Origin: an uncultured Verrucomicrobiae bacterium
GTDB lineage: Bacteria; Verrucomicrobiota; Verrucomicrobiia; Chthoniobacterales; JAATET01
Assembly (NCBI GenBank): GCA_963832325.1
Contig: CAWHTR010000005.1
Span: 58,160-122,159, forward strand
Length of the DNA stretch: 64,000 nucleotides
Direction: 5' to 3'
The notes below the pieces were generated by a model that worked only from the letters and a program-made list of their open reading frames with translations, had not been told where the DNA came from and made no database searches. This document shows positions 19,196 to 27,858 of the stretch, one piece after another. Each line of letters starts with the position of its first letter. Within the stretch, counting starts at the first letter, position 1. The position numbers were made by a program, and so were the translations under genes.

Positions 19196-19257
19196 AAAAA
19201 AGCTCTTCCTGTATTCTCTGCTAACTTCGCAAACTTCTGTTAAAAATTGTTTTCGTC

Positions 19258-20235
19258 TTAAACCCCGGCCACCTCCCGCGGCCGCGCCACGTCACTGAAC
19301 GGCACCTGCGCCTTGAGCCCCAGCTCCCGCATGAGATCGAGGTCCTCGTTGACCTCCGGATTTCCCGCCGTCAGCAGCTTCTCGCCGTAAAAAACCGAAT
19401 TCGCCCCGGCGAAGAAACACAACGCCTGCGCCTCCCGCGAAAGAATCGTCCGCCCCGCCGACAACCGGATCTTCGCCTTCGGCAAAGTGATCCGCGCCGT
19501 CGCGATCAGCCGCACCAACTCAAACGGATCGATCGGCACCGCGTCCTCGAGCGGCGTCCCCGGCATCGGCATCAGGCAATTGATCGGCACACTCTCCGGC
19601 ACCGGGTCGAAATTCGACAGCACCTCCAGCATCCGCAACCGATCCACCTCCGACTCACCCATCCCCAATATCCCCCCGCAACAAACCGCCATCCCCGCCC
19701 GCTGCACCGAACCGATCGTATTCAGCCGGTCCTCAAACGTATGGGTCGTCACGATGTTGCCGTAGTGCTCAGGCGACGTGTCGATGTTGTGATTGTAAGC
19801 CGTCACCCCCGCATCCCGCAGCTGCTCCGCCTCCCGGTCTCCGACCTGCCCCAACGTCACGCAGACTTCCATCCCCAGCTTACTCACCTCGCGGATCGTC
19901 TCCAAAACCGTTTCGAACCGCGGGTCCCCCGCCCGGACACCCTTCCACGCCGCCCCCATGCAAAACCGCGTCGACCCGTTCGCCCGCGCCTGCTCCGCGA
20001 TCGGCATCACCTCCGCCGCCGTCATCAGCTGCTCCCGCTCCACCCCGGTCTGATAACGCGAACTCTGCGCGCAATACTTGCAATCCTCCGAGCACCCCCC
20101 CGTCTTCACGCTCAACAACGTGCAAAGCTGCATCTCCCTCGCCGGCCAATTCAGACGATGAACCGCCCGCGAAGCCTCCAGCAGCTCGAAAAACGGACGG
20201 TCATAAATCTCTTTCAATGCGTCAAACGTCGCCAT
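19258..20235 (-). CDS. bioB: Biotin synthase
   Basis: Radical-SAM CSEDCKYCAQ (CxxxCxxC) plus the YNHNIDTS and GMGE motifs. Confidence 0.95.
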   Translation of the reverse strand: MATFDALKEIYDRPFFELLEASRAVHRLNWPAREMQLCTLLSVKTGGCSEDCKYCAQSSRYQTGVEREQLMTAAEVMPIAEQARANGSTRFCMGAAWKGVRAGDPRFETVLETIREVSKLGMEVCVTLGQVGDREAEQLRDAGVTAYNHNIDTSPEHYGNIVTTHTFEDRLNTIGSVQRAGMAVCCGGILGMGESEVDRLRMLEVLSNFDPVPESVPINCLMPMPGTPLEDAVPIDPFELVRLIATARITLPKAKIRLSAGRTILSREAQALCFFAGANSVFYGEKLLTAGNPEVNEDLDLMRELGLKAQVPFSDVARPREVAGV

Positions 20236-20362
20236 GCCCGGCAGTTAATCGCATCCGTTCGACCGGGGAAACCGGAAAATATCAACCTCCTCGCCACGGC
20301 CGCACCGCCCCCACCATCTTCCGAATTCCCTCCCCGCAGAATCCGACTACCATCCGGCAGCC

Positions 20363-21316
20363 GTGGACCTGCTCATCGACAACCTTCTCTCGCCCATCCT
20401 GCTCGCCTTCCTCCTGGGCATGATCGCGACCACCCTCAAGAGCGACCTCCACCTCCCCGAAGCCATCTACGGCGGCCTCTCGATCTACCTCCTCTTGGCG
20501 ATCGGACTCAAGGGGGGCATCGCCCTCAGCGCGACCCCCATCTCCGAAGTCGCCTGGCCCGCAGCCGGCACGTTCGTCCTCGGCCTCATCACCCCCCTCA
20601 TCGCCTACGCCGCCTTCCGCCTCGTCGCCCGGCAACCCCTGGCCGACTCCGCCGCGCTCGCCGCCCACTACGGCTCGGTCTCCGCCGTCACCTTCATCGC
20701 GGCCGTCGGCTTCGCCAACGCCGCCGGGACCGCTCCCGAAGGATTCCTCCCCGCCCTCGTCGCCATCCTCGAAGTCCCCGGCATCGTCGTCGCGCTCATG
20801 ATCGTTCAGATCCGCAGCTCCACCGGCAATTCGTGGCAGAAGGCCATGCACGAAGTCCTCACCGGCAAGAGCATCATCCTCCTCGTCGGCGGACTCGTCA
20901 TCGGCTGGATCTCCGGTCCGGAGCGGATGGAGAAAATCACACCCTTCTTCGTCACGCTCTTCCAGGGAGCGCTCGTCCTTTTCATGGTGGAACTCGGCAC
21001 TCTCGCCGCCCGCCGACTCCCCGAAGTCCGCGCCGCCGGCCCCCTCTTCGTGCTTTTGGCCCTCCTCATCCCCGTCATCAACGGCACCCTCGGCGTCTGG
21101 ATCGGCACCCTCGCCGGACTGAGCGTCGGCGGCGCAACCGTCCTCGGAGCCATGTCGGGCAGCGCGTCCTACATCGCCGCCCCCGCCGCCGTCCGCATCG
21201 CCCTGCCCCAAGCCAATCCCGCCCTCTATCTCACCGCCTCCCTCGGCCTCACCTTCCCGTTCAATCTCACCCTCGGCATTCCCCTCTACCTGGAAATCGC
21301 TCGCCGCCTCGCCTGA
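20363..21316 (+). CDS. SbtA-like (DUF897) sodium-dependent bicarbonate transporter family permease
   Basis: GTG start. 317 aa with 10 TM-like segments. The N-terminal LLSPILLAFLLGMIATTLKSDLHLPEAIYGGLSIYLLLAIGLKGG is characteristic of the family. Confidence 0.75.
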   Translation: MDLLIDNLLSPILLAFLLGMIATTLKSDLHLPEAIYGGLSIYLLLAIGLKGGIALSATPISEVAWPAAGTFVLGLITPLIAYAAFRLVARQPLADSAALAAHYGSVSAVTFIAAVGFANAAGTAPEGFLPALVAILEVPGIVVALMIVQIRSSTGNSWQKAMHEVLTGKSIILLVGGLVIGWISGPERMEKITPFFVTLFQGALVLFMVELGTLAARRLPEVRAAGPLFVLLALLIPVINGTLGVWIGTLAGLSVGGATVLGAMSGSASYIAAPAAVRIALPQANPALYLTASLGLTFPFNLTLGIPLYLEIARRLA

Positions 21317-21356
21317 TCAACCCCGACCCCAACTCCTCCCAGCCACCACCGCTCCA

Positions 21357-21659
21357 TTGAAAACCACCACCCTCAAACTTGTCACCATCGTCGCCGACCG
21401 CCTCTGGGCGGACGAACTCACGGAAAAGATCCTCGCCCTCGGCGCGACCGGCTACACCCTCAGCGACGCCCATGGGCAAGGCGTTCGCGGCCTCCGCCCC
21501 CTCGACTGGGAGGGATCGAACGTTCGCATCGAAGTCATTGCCTCCCGGGCCACCGCCGACGCGATTCTCTCCGCCGTGGCCGACCTCTACTTTGACAGCC
21601 CCGGCTTCATCGCCTTCCTTCAGGACATCGAAGTCATCCGCGGAGAGAAGTACCTCTAG
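21357..21659 (+). CDS. PII-like signalling protein (SbtB-like partner)
   Basis: TTG start. 100 aa. Beta-alpha-beta PII-like pattern (LKLVTIVADRLWADELTEKILALGATGYTLSDAHGQG...RIEVI). Lies 40 nt downstream of the permease. Confidence 0.65.
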   Translation: MKTTTLKLVTIVADRLWADELTEKILALGATGYTLSDAHGQGVRGLRPLDWEGSNVRIEVIASRATADAILSAVADLYFDSPGFIAFLQDIEVIRGEKYL

Positions 21660-21662
21660 CCG

Positions 21663-22800
21663 TCACAACACCCGCTCGAGCAGCTTCGGCAGCACCACTT
21701 CGCTGGCAAAAAATTCCTCCGCCAACCGCCGAGCCGCCCGCTGCTGATTCGCAAAATCTCCCACCACCCGCTCACAAGCCACCACCGCTTCCTCCACCGT
21801 CGTGAAAGGAAAATATCCCGCCCCCTCCGGCAACAGTGCGCTCACCCCCGTATCCTGCAGCACCAGCGGCCGCCCCAAAGCCGCGTAACAAACGCTCCGG
21901 TCACTGAACCAACCCGCCCTCGACAACACGTAGCCCCCCTTCGCCACGGAAAACTCCGCCGACGACCCCCGCAAATACGCGGCGTAAGCCTCCAGCGACG
22001 AACACACTTCCCGCGACTCACAAAATTTCCACCCGGCCTCCCGGAACGGATCCAATTCCGACCGGTGATCCCACACGTGCATCGCGAGCTCCACCGGGAC
22101 CGATACCGCCCGCGGCACTTCGGTGAATCGCTGAAATTCCTCCCGCTTCCCCGTGAGCCACTCCCCCTTCCACTCGGCATTCTTGTAACCCTCCCAGTGC
22201 GCGATCGTCGTGAATCGCCCGAACTCCTCCAACGGCTCAAACGGCCAGTACCCGCAGCGTCACCGGCGGAAACGTCGGCACCCACTCGATCCCGCAATCG
22301 GGCGCAAACCGGTCCGCCGCATCCCAGGTCGTCCCGACCGTCACGAACCGATCGTGGGCCGCGAAGTTCATGTCGCAGTCATAACTTTCCACCCACGTCT
22401 GGGAAAACGCCGGATCCCCATCGAGGTAAACCTTCACCGCCCGCGGAAACTCCACCGCCGGAGACTTGAAATGCCCCGAGTAATTCAGAAAAACATCCGC
22501 CTCCGCCGCAAAATCCCGCAACTCCTCCAAATTCTCCGCCTTCCCATCCACCAACAACGTCGAGCGATCCTCCAACCCAAATGCGCTCAGCATCGCCCCC
22601 CAATGCACCTGATTCGCACTCCCCTCGAACGGCACCGAATTCCATTCCAGATCAACGCACCTCGCAGAATCCAACGCCTCGACCACCCAAACCTCCCAGC
22701 CCAATTCCCGAAACCCGAGCGGCCAGTTGAGAGCCGTCCAGGCGATCCCCACCGCCGAAATCGGCTGAGCCGCAATCCCCACCCCAATCACAATTTTCAT
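21663..22800 (-). pseudogene. Frameshifted paralogue of the CgeB-like glycosyltransferase at 22992-24152
   Basis: Two ORFs (22237-22800 and 21663-22232) in different frames align with the N- and C-terminal halves of the 386-aa paralogue. The frame change is confined to 22240-22257 (around the CCC run at 22251-22253). Removing 1 nt restores ...PPVTLRYWPFEPLEEFGRFTTIAHW. Confidence 0.6.
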
Positions 22801-22814
22801 CCGGCGACCCTACA

Positions 22815-22933
22815 CCCCGAGGAGCGCAACCTTCCAGCCTGTCGCGCTCGGCAATCCCTGCCCGGCGCAACTCCGTAAAAAAAAAACCGCCCAGACCACC
22901 CACCGCACCCACGGCCAAGACTCGGGGGAGCGC
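22815..22933. repeat. Intergenic TCC-loop repeat, degenerate copy 2, plus flanking inverted CCCCGAG/CTCGGGG
   Basis: 22819-22875 is collinear with 27726-27780 (GAGGAGCGC..CTTCCAGCCTG..CGC..GGCAATCCCTGCCCGG.GCAAC.CCG). A second GGGGAGCGCG lies at 22925-22934. Confidence 0.55.
22877..22886. repeat. A10 homopolymer tract in a divergent promoter region
   Basis: Ten consecutive A residues in an otherwise GC-rich 191-bp spacer between the two divergently transcribed CgeB-like paralogues. Confidence 0.9.
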
Positions 22934-22991
22934 GACGAGAGAGGCGAAATTAAAAACTGAAAACAAACCGCCCCCCGCTACCATCCACCGA

Positions 22992-24152
22992 ATGCGCATC
23001 CTCGTCACCGGCCTCATCGGCAACTACGCCTTCGGCGGCGTCACCTGGGACTACGTCCAATACGTCCTCGGTTTCCGCGATCTCGGCCACGATGTCTGGT
23101 ACCTCGAGGACACCGCCACCTGGGCCTACGACCCCGTCGCCGAGGAACCCTCCGCCGACTGCACCCACAACGTCAATTACCTCGAGCGCGTCATGCACGA
23201 CTTCGACCTCGGCGACCGGTGGATCTATCGCAACGAAGCCACCGACACCTACCACGGCCCCGCCGGCCAGAATGCGGAAGCCGTCATCCGCTCCGCCGAC
23301 GTCCTCGTCAACGTCTCCGGGGCCTGCTGGCTCCGCGACTGCACCGCCGCCATCCCCCGCAAACTCTTCGTCGACGGCGACCCCATGTTCACCCACATCG
23401 GCCTCACCAACGTCGACCGTCAGGGCTACCTCGACCACCTTCGCGCCCACACCGAACACCTCACCTTCGGCCTGAACGTCGGCCAACCCGGCTGCCTCGT
23501 TCCCACCGCGGGCTTCCACTGGAAACCCACCGTCCAGCCCATCGCCCTCGATTGGTGGAAGAAAAATCTCCTCCCTCCCTCCGCGACCCACGTCGCCCGC
23601 GACGCCTGGACCACCGTCATGAATTGGGCCAGCTATCCCCCCCAGGTCTTCGACGGCGAAACCTACGGCAACAAGGACCTCGAATTCCGCCGCTTCTTCG
23701 ACCTCCCGAAACACACCGACGAGAAATTCGTCCTCGCCATGGGCCAGGGCGTCGGTCGCTCCCGCCCGACGGCCGAGATCGAAGCCGCCGGCTGGCAGAT
23801 CATCGAACCCGACGCCCACCTCCCCGACTACGCCACCTACCACGACTTCCTCGCCAACAGCAAAGCGGAGTGGAGCATCGCCAAGAACGGCTACGTCAAA
23901 AGCCACTCCGGCTGGTTCTCCTGCCGCTCGGCCTGCTACCTCGCCCTCGGCAAGCCCGTCGTTGTCCAGGACACCGGTTGGACCGACCACCTTCCCTCCG
24001 GCGACGGCGTCCTCGCTTTCACCACCCTCGAAGAAGCCGCCGCCGCCATCGCCCAAGTCGCCGCCAACTACGACCACCACAGCCAAGCCGCCAAAACGTT
24101 CGCCGAAACCCACCTCGACGCCAAAAAAGTCTGCGCCAACCTTCTCGAGTAA
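22992..24152 (+). CDS. CgeB-like / Glyco_trans_1_2-type glycosyltransferase-like protein (intact paralogue)
   Basis: 386 aa. N-terminal Rossmann-like MRILVTGLIGNYAFGG. The C-terminal ...SGWFSCRSACYLALGKPVVVQDTGW...VLAFTTLEEAAAAI resembles the CgeB C-terminal domain. Family name is tentative. Confidence 0.65.
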   Translation: MRILVTGLIGNYAFGGVTWDYVQYVLGFRDLGHDVWYLEDTATWAYDPVAEEPSADCTHNVNYLERVMHDFDLGDRWIYRNEATDTYHGPAGQNAEAVIRSADVLVNVSGACWLRDCTAAIPRKLFVDGDPMFTHIGLTNVDRQGYLDHLRAHTEHLTFGLNVGQPGCLVPTAGFHWKPTVQPIALDWWKKNLLPPSATHVARDAWTTVMNWASYPPQVFDGETYGNKDLEFRRFFDLPKHTDEKFVLAMGQGVGRSRPTAEIEAAGWQIIEPDAHLPDYATYHDFLANSKAEWSIAKNGYVKSHSGWFSCRSACYLALGKPVVVQDTGWTDHLPSGDGVLAFTTLEEAAAAIAQVAANYDHHSQAAKTFAETHLDAKKVCANLLE

Positions 24153-24174
24153 CGCCCAGCCTTTAACCCCGCCC

Positions 24175-26556
24175 TCACCCCCCGCGCCGCCGGGCCCACA
24201 CGTCCACCGGCACCAAAAGCAAAGCCGCGACGAGGAACCAAACCGACAAGTCCCTCCTCGTCACCACCGCCGCCCCCGTCGACCGGAACACCTCCGCCGA
24301 TTCCGGATCGACCATTCCCTTTCCAGCCGCCGCCAACCTCGCGATCCCCGGCTCCACGTCCCCCAGCACCGCAAACTCACCGCCCCCGTCGGCTCCGACC
24401 CCGACCCCGGCCATCGCCACCACCGCCCCCCGGTCCCCCACCCGAACGGAAAATCCCCCCCCGGCCCCGACCTCCGGGAACTCCACCGCGTACCGACCCG
24501 GCCCCGCCTGCTCCGCTCGCTCAACCCGCCCGTCCGCCAACCGCGTCACCTCGACCTCCGCTCCGTCCACGAATCCCCCCCCCGCGTCGCTCGCCTCCAC
24601 GACGACCCGGACGCCCCCACCCGCCGCCTCGACCCTCGCCACCACGCCGTCCGCGTCCGCCCCCCGCGCCACCGCCCGCGCCAGCTGCGTCACCAATTTC
24701 TGAAATCCCGGCCATCCGAGCCAATCCCCCGTCCACCGTCCCTTCAGATCGCTCGTGAACGCCGCCACGGTCCCCAGCCCCAACCGAGCCGTCGCCAGCA
24801 GCGGGTCCCCCCGCTCGGTCGCCAGCAACGTCCGCGCCCCGTCCTTCGCGCTCGTCGCGTTGTATCCCAGCAAAAACGGAGCCGTCCCCCAGTCGATCCC
24901 ACCAATCTCGTCCCCCACTCCCACCACCACCGGCTGCAGCGCGTCCTCCACCAGATTCGTCCGCGTCGCTCGCAACGACTCCTCCGCGAAGATCCGCGGC
25001 AACGACAACGCGTCCGAAGTCAGGTAAAACCGCCCACCTCCCCGCTCCGCCAACACCCGCAGAAATTCCGTGTCGCGGTCCTCGTCACCCCCCAGCGCCA
25101 CCACCGACACCGTGATCCGCTGAGCCAGCATCGCCCCCGCCAAATCCAGCGACGCCATCCCCCCGGCCTCCTTTTCCTCCGCGTCAGCCGCGTCCGAAAA
25201 TAGAATCACGTGCTTGATCCGGGCGTCCGCCTCCCGCAGCGCCCGGTAAAGCGCCACCATCGCCGTCGTCACGTAGATCCCCCCGCCGCCCGACTGAATC
25301 CCCAGCACCCGCTCCGCGACGAGTTTGCGATCCGTCAACCGACCAAGCGGCACCACCGGCCGCGCCTCCGTGTCCACCGCCAGCACTCCGAAGAGATCCT
25401 TCGCTTGCAACGCATCCATCGCCCGGATCACCCCCTCGTTCGCCAACGCCATCTTGGTCTGCCCACCCCCACTCACCGTCGCCGCCATCGACCCCGAACG
25501 ATCCAACGCGATCATCAACGCGGCCACCGGCAATTCCGCCCCATCCTCGTAAGCAATTTCCACCGGAGACAGCTCCGCCAACGGCGTGTCGTAATACCCC
25601 CCCGCCGCAAAACCGTTCTCCCCCCCCGACAAAATCAACCCACCTCCCAAATCGGAAACCCACGACGCCAAAGCCCGCATCCGCTCATCCCCCAGCTCGT
25701 CCGCCCCGCTGTCACTCAGCACCACCAAATCAAAGCGATCCAACCCCTCCACCCGCTCCGGCGCCGCGTTCGTCGGCCGCACCTCCACCTCAAATTCCGC
25801 CGCCCGCAGCGTCCCCGCCAGCCACTCCATTCTCTCCGGTTGAGGATCCAACACCAGCACCCTTGCACTCCGCGAAGCCGCCACCCGGACCCCCATCACG
25901 TTATTTTCGGCAAACGTATCGCCGCCCTCCGCGGACACCTCCACCCGCAACTCCGAACCCGCCCCGGCCACGTCGGCGAACACCGCTCGATTTTCCCCCA
26001 CCTCCATTTCCTCCGTCCGCTCCCCCACCAACAAGCCATCCTGATACAACCGCACCCCCGCCATCCCCGCCCGGTTCGCCCGCACCACCACCGCCACGTC
26101 AAACCTCTGCCCGGGCTGCACCATCCGCGGAACCTCCACCGCATCCACTTCGACCTCCGGATCCCTCTCCCGATCCAATCCCACTACGTCCGTCGGCACC
26201 CCCTCCGCCGCCAACCGCCGCGCCACCACCTCATCCACCGCCGAAATCCCCACCCCATCCGTCACCAGTACCAATCGCGTTGGTCGATCATCCCACCGCA
26301 ACGCCGCCGCCCGCATCAGCGCATCGCCAACCGGCCCCCCGGCAAAAACCAGCCCCCGCACCAACTCCCCGTCCAGACTCTCGACAAATCCCGCCGCCAC
26401 CTCGCGCCCACCCACCGACACGCTGGCCGACTCGTCCCGCACCACCAACACCCCGACCCCCGCCTCCTTTCGCTCCCAGCCAATCCCGCAAAGGCTCAGG
26501 ATCAGTAGCAAAAAAATGGTCCCCCGGACCGCCAATGGCCACCCCACCCGCACCAT
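24175..26556 (-). CDS. Membrane-anchored double vWA-domain protein (paralogue of 41242-43740)
   Basis: 793 aa. MIDAS DRSGSM, QSGGGGIY and HVILFSDAADAEE. N- and C-terminal TM helices. Long collinear similarity to the 832-aa protein at 41242-43740. Confidence 0.8.
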   Translation of the reverse strand: MVRVGWPLAVRGTIFLLLILSLCGIGWERKEAGVGVLVVRDESASVSVGGREVAAGFVESLDGELVRGLVFAGGPVGDALMRAAALRWDDRPTRLVLVTDGVGISAVDEVVARRLAAEGVPTDVVGLDRERDPEVEVDAVEVPRMVQPGQRFDVAVVVRANRAGMAGVRLYQDGLLVGERTEEMEVGENRAVFADVAGAGSELRVEVSAEGGDTFAENNVMGVRVAASRSARVLVLDPQPERMEWLAGTLRAAEFEVEVRPTNAAPERVEGLDRFDLVVLSDSGADELGDERMRALASWVSDLGGGLILSGGENGFAAGGYYDTPLAELSPVEIAYEDGAELPVAALMIALDRSGSMAATVSGGGQTKMALANEGVIRAMDALQAKDLFGVLAVDTEARPVVPLGRLTDRKLVAERVLGIQSGGGGIYVTTAMVALYRALREADARIKHVILFSDAADAEEKEAGGMASLDLAGAMLAQRITVSVVALGGDEDRDTEFLRVLAERGGGRFYLTSDALSLPRIFAEESLRATRTNLVEDALQPVVVGVGDEIGGIDWGTAPFLLGYNATSAKDGARTLLATERGDPLLATARLGLGTVAAFTSDLKGRWTGDWLGWPGFQKLVTQLARAVARGADADGVVARVEAAGGGVRVVVEASDAGGGFVDGAEVEVTRLADGRVERAEQAGPGRYAVEFPEVGAGGGFSVRVGDRGAVVAMAGVGVGADGGGEFAVLGDVEPGIARLAAAGKGMVDPESAEVFRSTGAAVVTRRDLSVWFLVAALLLVPVDVWARRRGG

Positions 26557-26618
26557 CTAACCCAGAACTCGGCGACCCGTCATCGCCGATGCACCCCGCC
26601 GCAGCCTCAACCTCTCCC

Positions 26619-27656
26619 TCACACCCCGGCCAAAAGCAGCTTCTCCGCCCCAACAGCATCCCCACTCGCCCCCCGGAGCCGATCCACCAGATCCTCAGCC
26701 GCTCCCCGCCGCGACCGATCAAATCGCAACTCCTGCGCGACGCCCCCTTCCCCACGCTTCACCCGCATCCGATCCGACACCCACCCGCGCCGCAGATCGA
26801 CCTCGCATCCCGTCAACTCCACCGGCACCACCACCGGCCGCGGCCGCCCCGAACGCGCAAAATAAACCGTCCCACCATCCGCTCCCAACAACGCCCATCC
26901 AAAAGCGTGCTTCGGCAACTCCGTTCCCCTCCCCGCCACGCAAGGCACTGCCACCGCCGCCGACCAATCCACTCCCGCAATCCGCCGCATCTCCGCCGCC
27001 AATTCCATCGGCAAAGCCCGCCCGTCCACCGCCGCCGATCCCCGCGACCCAAACAAATTCGCCACCCATTTCCAGGCAAACCAAAGCGTCACCCGCGCCC
27101 GCCGCACCACCTTCGGAACCAGCCAGATCGCCAATCCAAACGCCACCACCGACACCCCCAGTGCCGCCACCGGATGAAACGCCACCAACCCCAGCCCCCC
27201 CAACACCAACGCATCCTCCCCCAGACTCAACCCAATGTTCGTAAACGGCTCCGGCGACGCGTTCACCAGCAATCGCGTCCCCGCCTTCGCCGCGTGCGAA
27301 GTCAGCGCCATCCCACCTCCCAGCAACCCCACGATCACATCGTACACCGGGTTCACCTCACCCAACACGGTGATCGCCACCAGCGCCCCACCCACCGGAC
27401 GAATGATCGTGTGAACCGAGTCCCACAACGAATCCACCCAGGGCACCTTGTCCGCAAAAAATTCCAGAACGAACAAAGTCCCCGCCACCCACAACACCGC
27501 CGGATCCGCCAGGATGTCCAATTGCTGATACTTATCCGCCAGCGCGATCCAATCCATCCGCACCGCCAGTCCGGTGACAAAAACGGTCAGATAAAGGTTC
27601 AGACCGGCCAAAGTAGCCAGCCCCAGCGCAACTCCAAGCAGCTCGAGAGTTTCCAT
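26619..27656 (-). CDS. DUF4126 membrane domain fused to a ~150-aa C-terminal soluble domain
   Basis: Start at METLELLGVALGLATLAGLNLYLTVF. FFADKVPWVDSLWDSVHT is typical of DUF4126. The C-terminal extension is unassigned. Confidence 0.7.
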   Translation of the reverse strand: METLELLGVALGLATLAGLNLYLTVFVTGLAVRMDWIALADKYQQLDILADPAVLWVAGTLFVLEFFADKVPWVDSLWDSVHTIIRPVGGALVAITVLGEVNPVYDVIVGLLGGGMALTSHAAKAGTRLLVNASPEPFTNIGLSLGEDALVLGGLGLVAFHPVAALGVSVVAFGLAIWLVPKVVRRARVTLWFAWKWVANLFGSRGSAAVDGRALPMELAAEMRRIAGVDWSAAVAVPCVAGRGTELPKHAFGWALLGADGGTVYFARSGRPRPVVVPVELTGCEVDLRRGWVSDRMRVKRGEGGVAQELRFDRSRRGAAEDLVDRLRGASGDAVGAEKLLLAGV

Positions 27657-27708
27657 AGTCCAAGTATTGACCATCCCCAACGCAAGTCACGCGACATTTA
27701 TTCGATCC

Positions 27709-27856
27709 GGTCGAAGGTCGAAGGTGGGGAGCGCAGGCTTCCAGCCTGCAGCGCCGGGCATCCTGCCCGGTGCAACCCCGTCACAGATCACCCCCCCTAC
27801 CCGCGCGAAGCGCGCACTCCAGACCTTCCGACCTTCGACTTTCAGACCTTCCGACC
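27709..27856. repeat. Composite intergenic element A: GGTCGAA-unit inverted arms around a TCC-loop hairpin core (copy 3)
   Basis: Left arm is GGTCGAAGGTCGAAGGTGG (27709-27727). Right arm is GACCTTCCGACCTTCGACTTTCAGACCTTCCGACC (27822-27856). The core holds perfect hairpins GCAGGCT-TCC-AGCCTGC (27733-27749) and CCGGGCA-TCC-TGCCCGG (27754-27770). Confidence 0.75.
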
Positions 27857-27858
27857 AC

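Noticed and set aside
19741-21360. 539-aa Arg/Pro/His-rich ORF
   Set aside because: It runs antisense through bioB and out of frame through the SbtA-like gene. The composition (RP-rich) is the signature of an off-frame read in GC-rich DNA.
22237-22248. Possible prfB-style programmed +1 frameshift at GUU UGA G joining the two half-ORFs
   Set aside because: A slip at the stop would give ...LRVLAV-EPLEEF. However, the paralogue aligns better with the alternative frame already upstream of the stop (YWPF versus WWKK). There is also no convincing upstream SD-like stimulator. A simple 1-nt indel explains it better.
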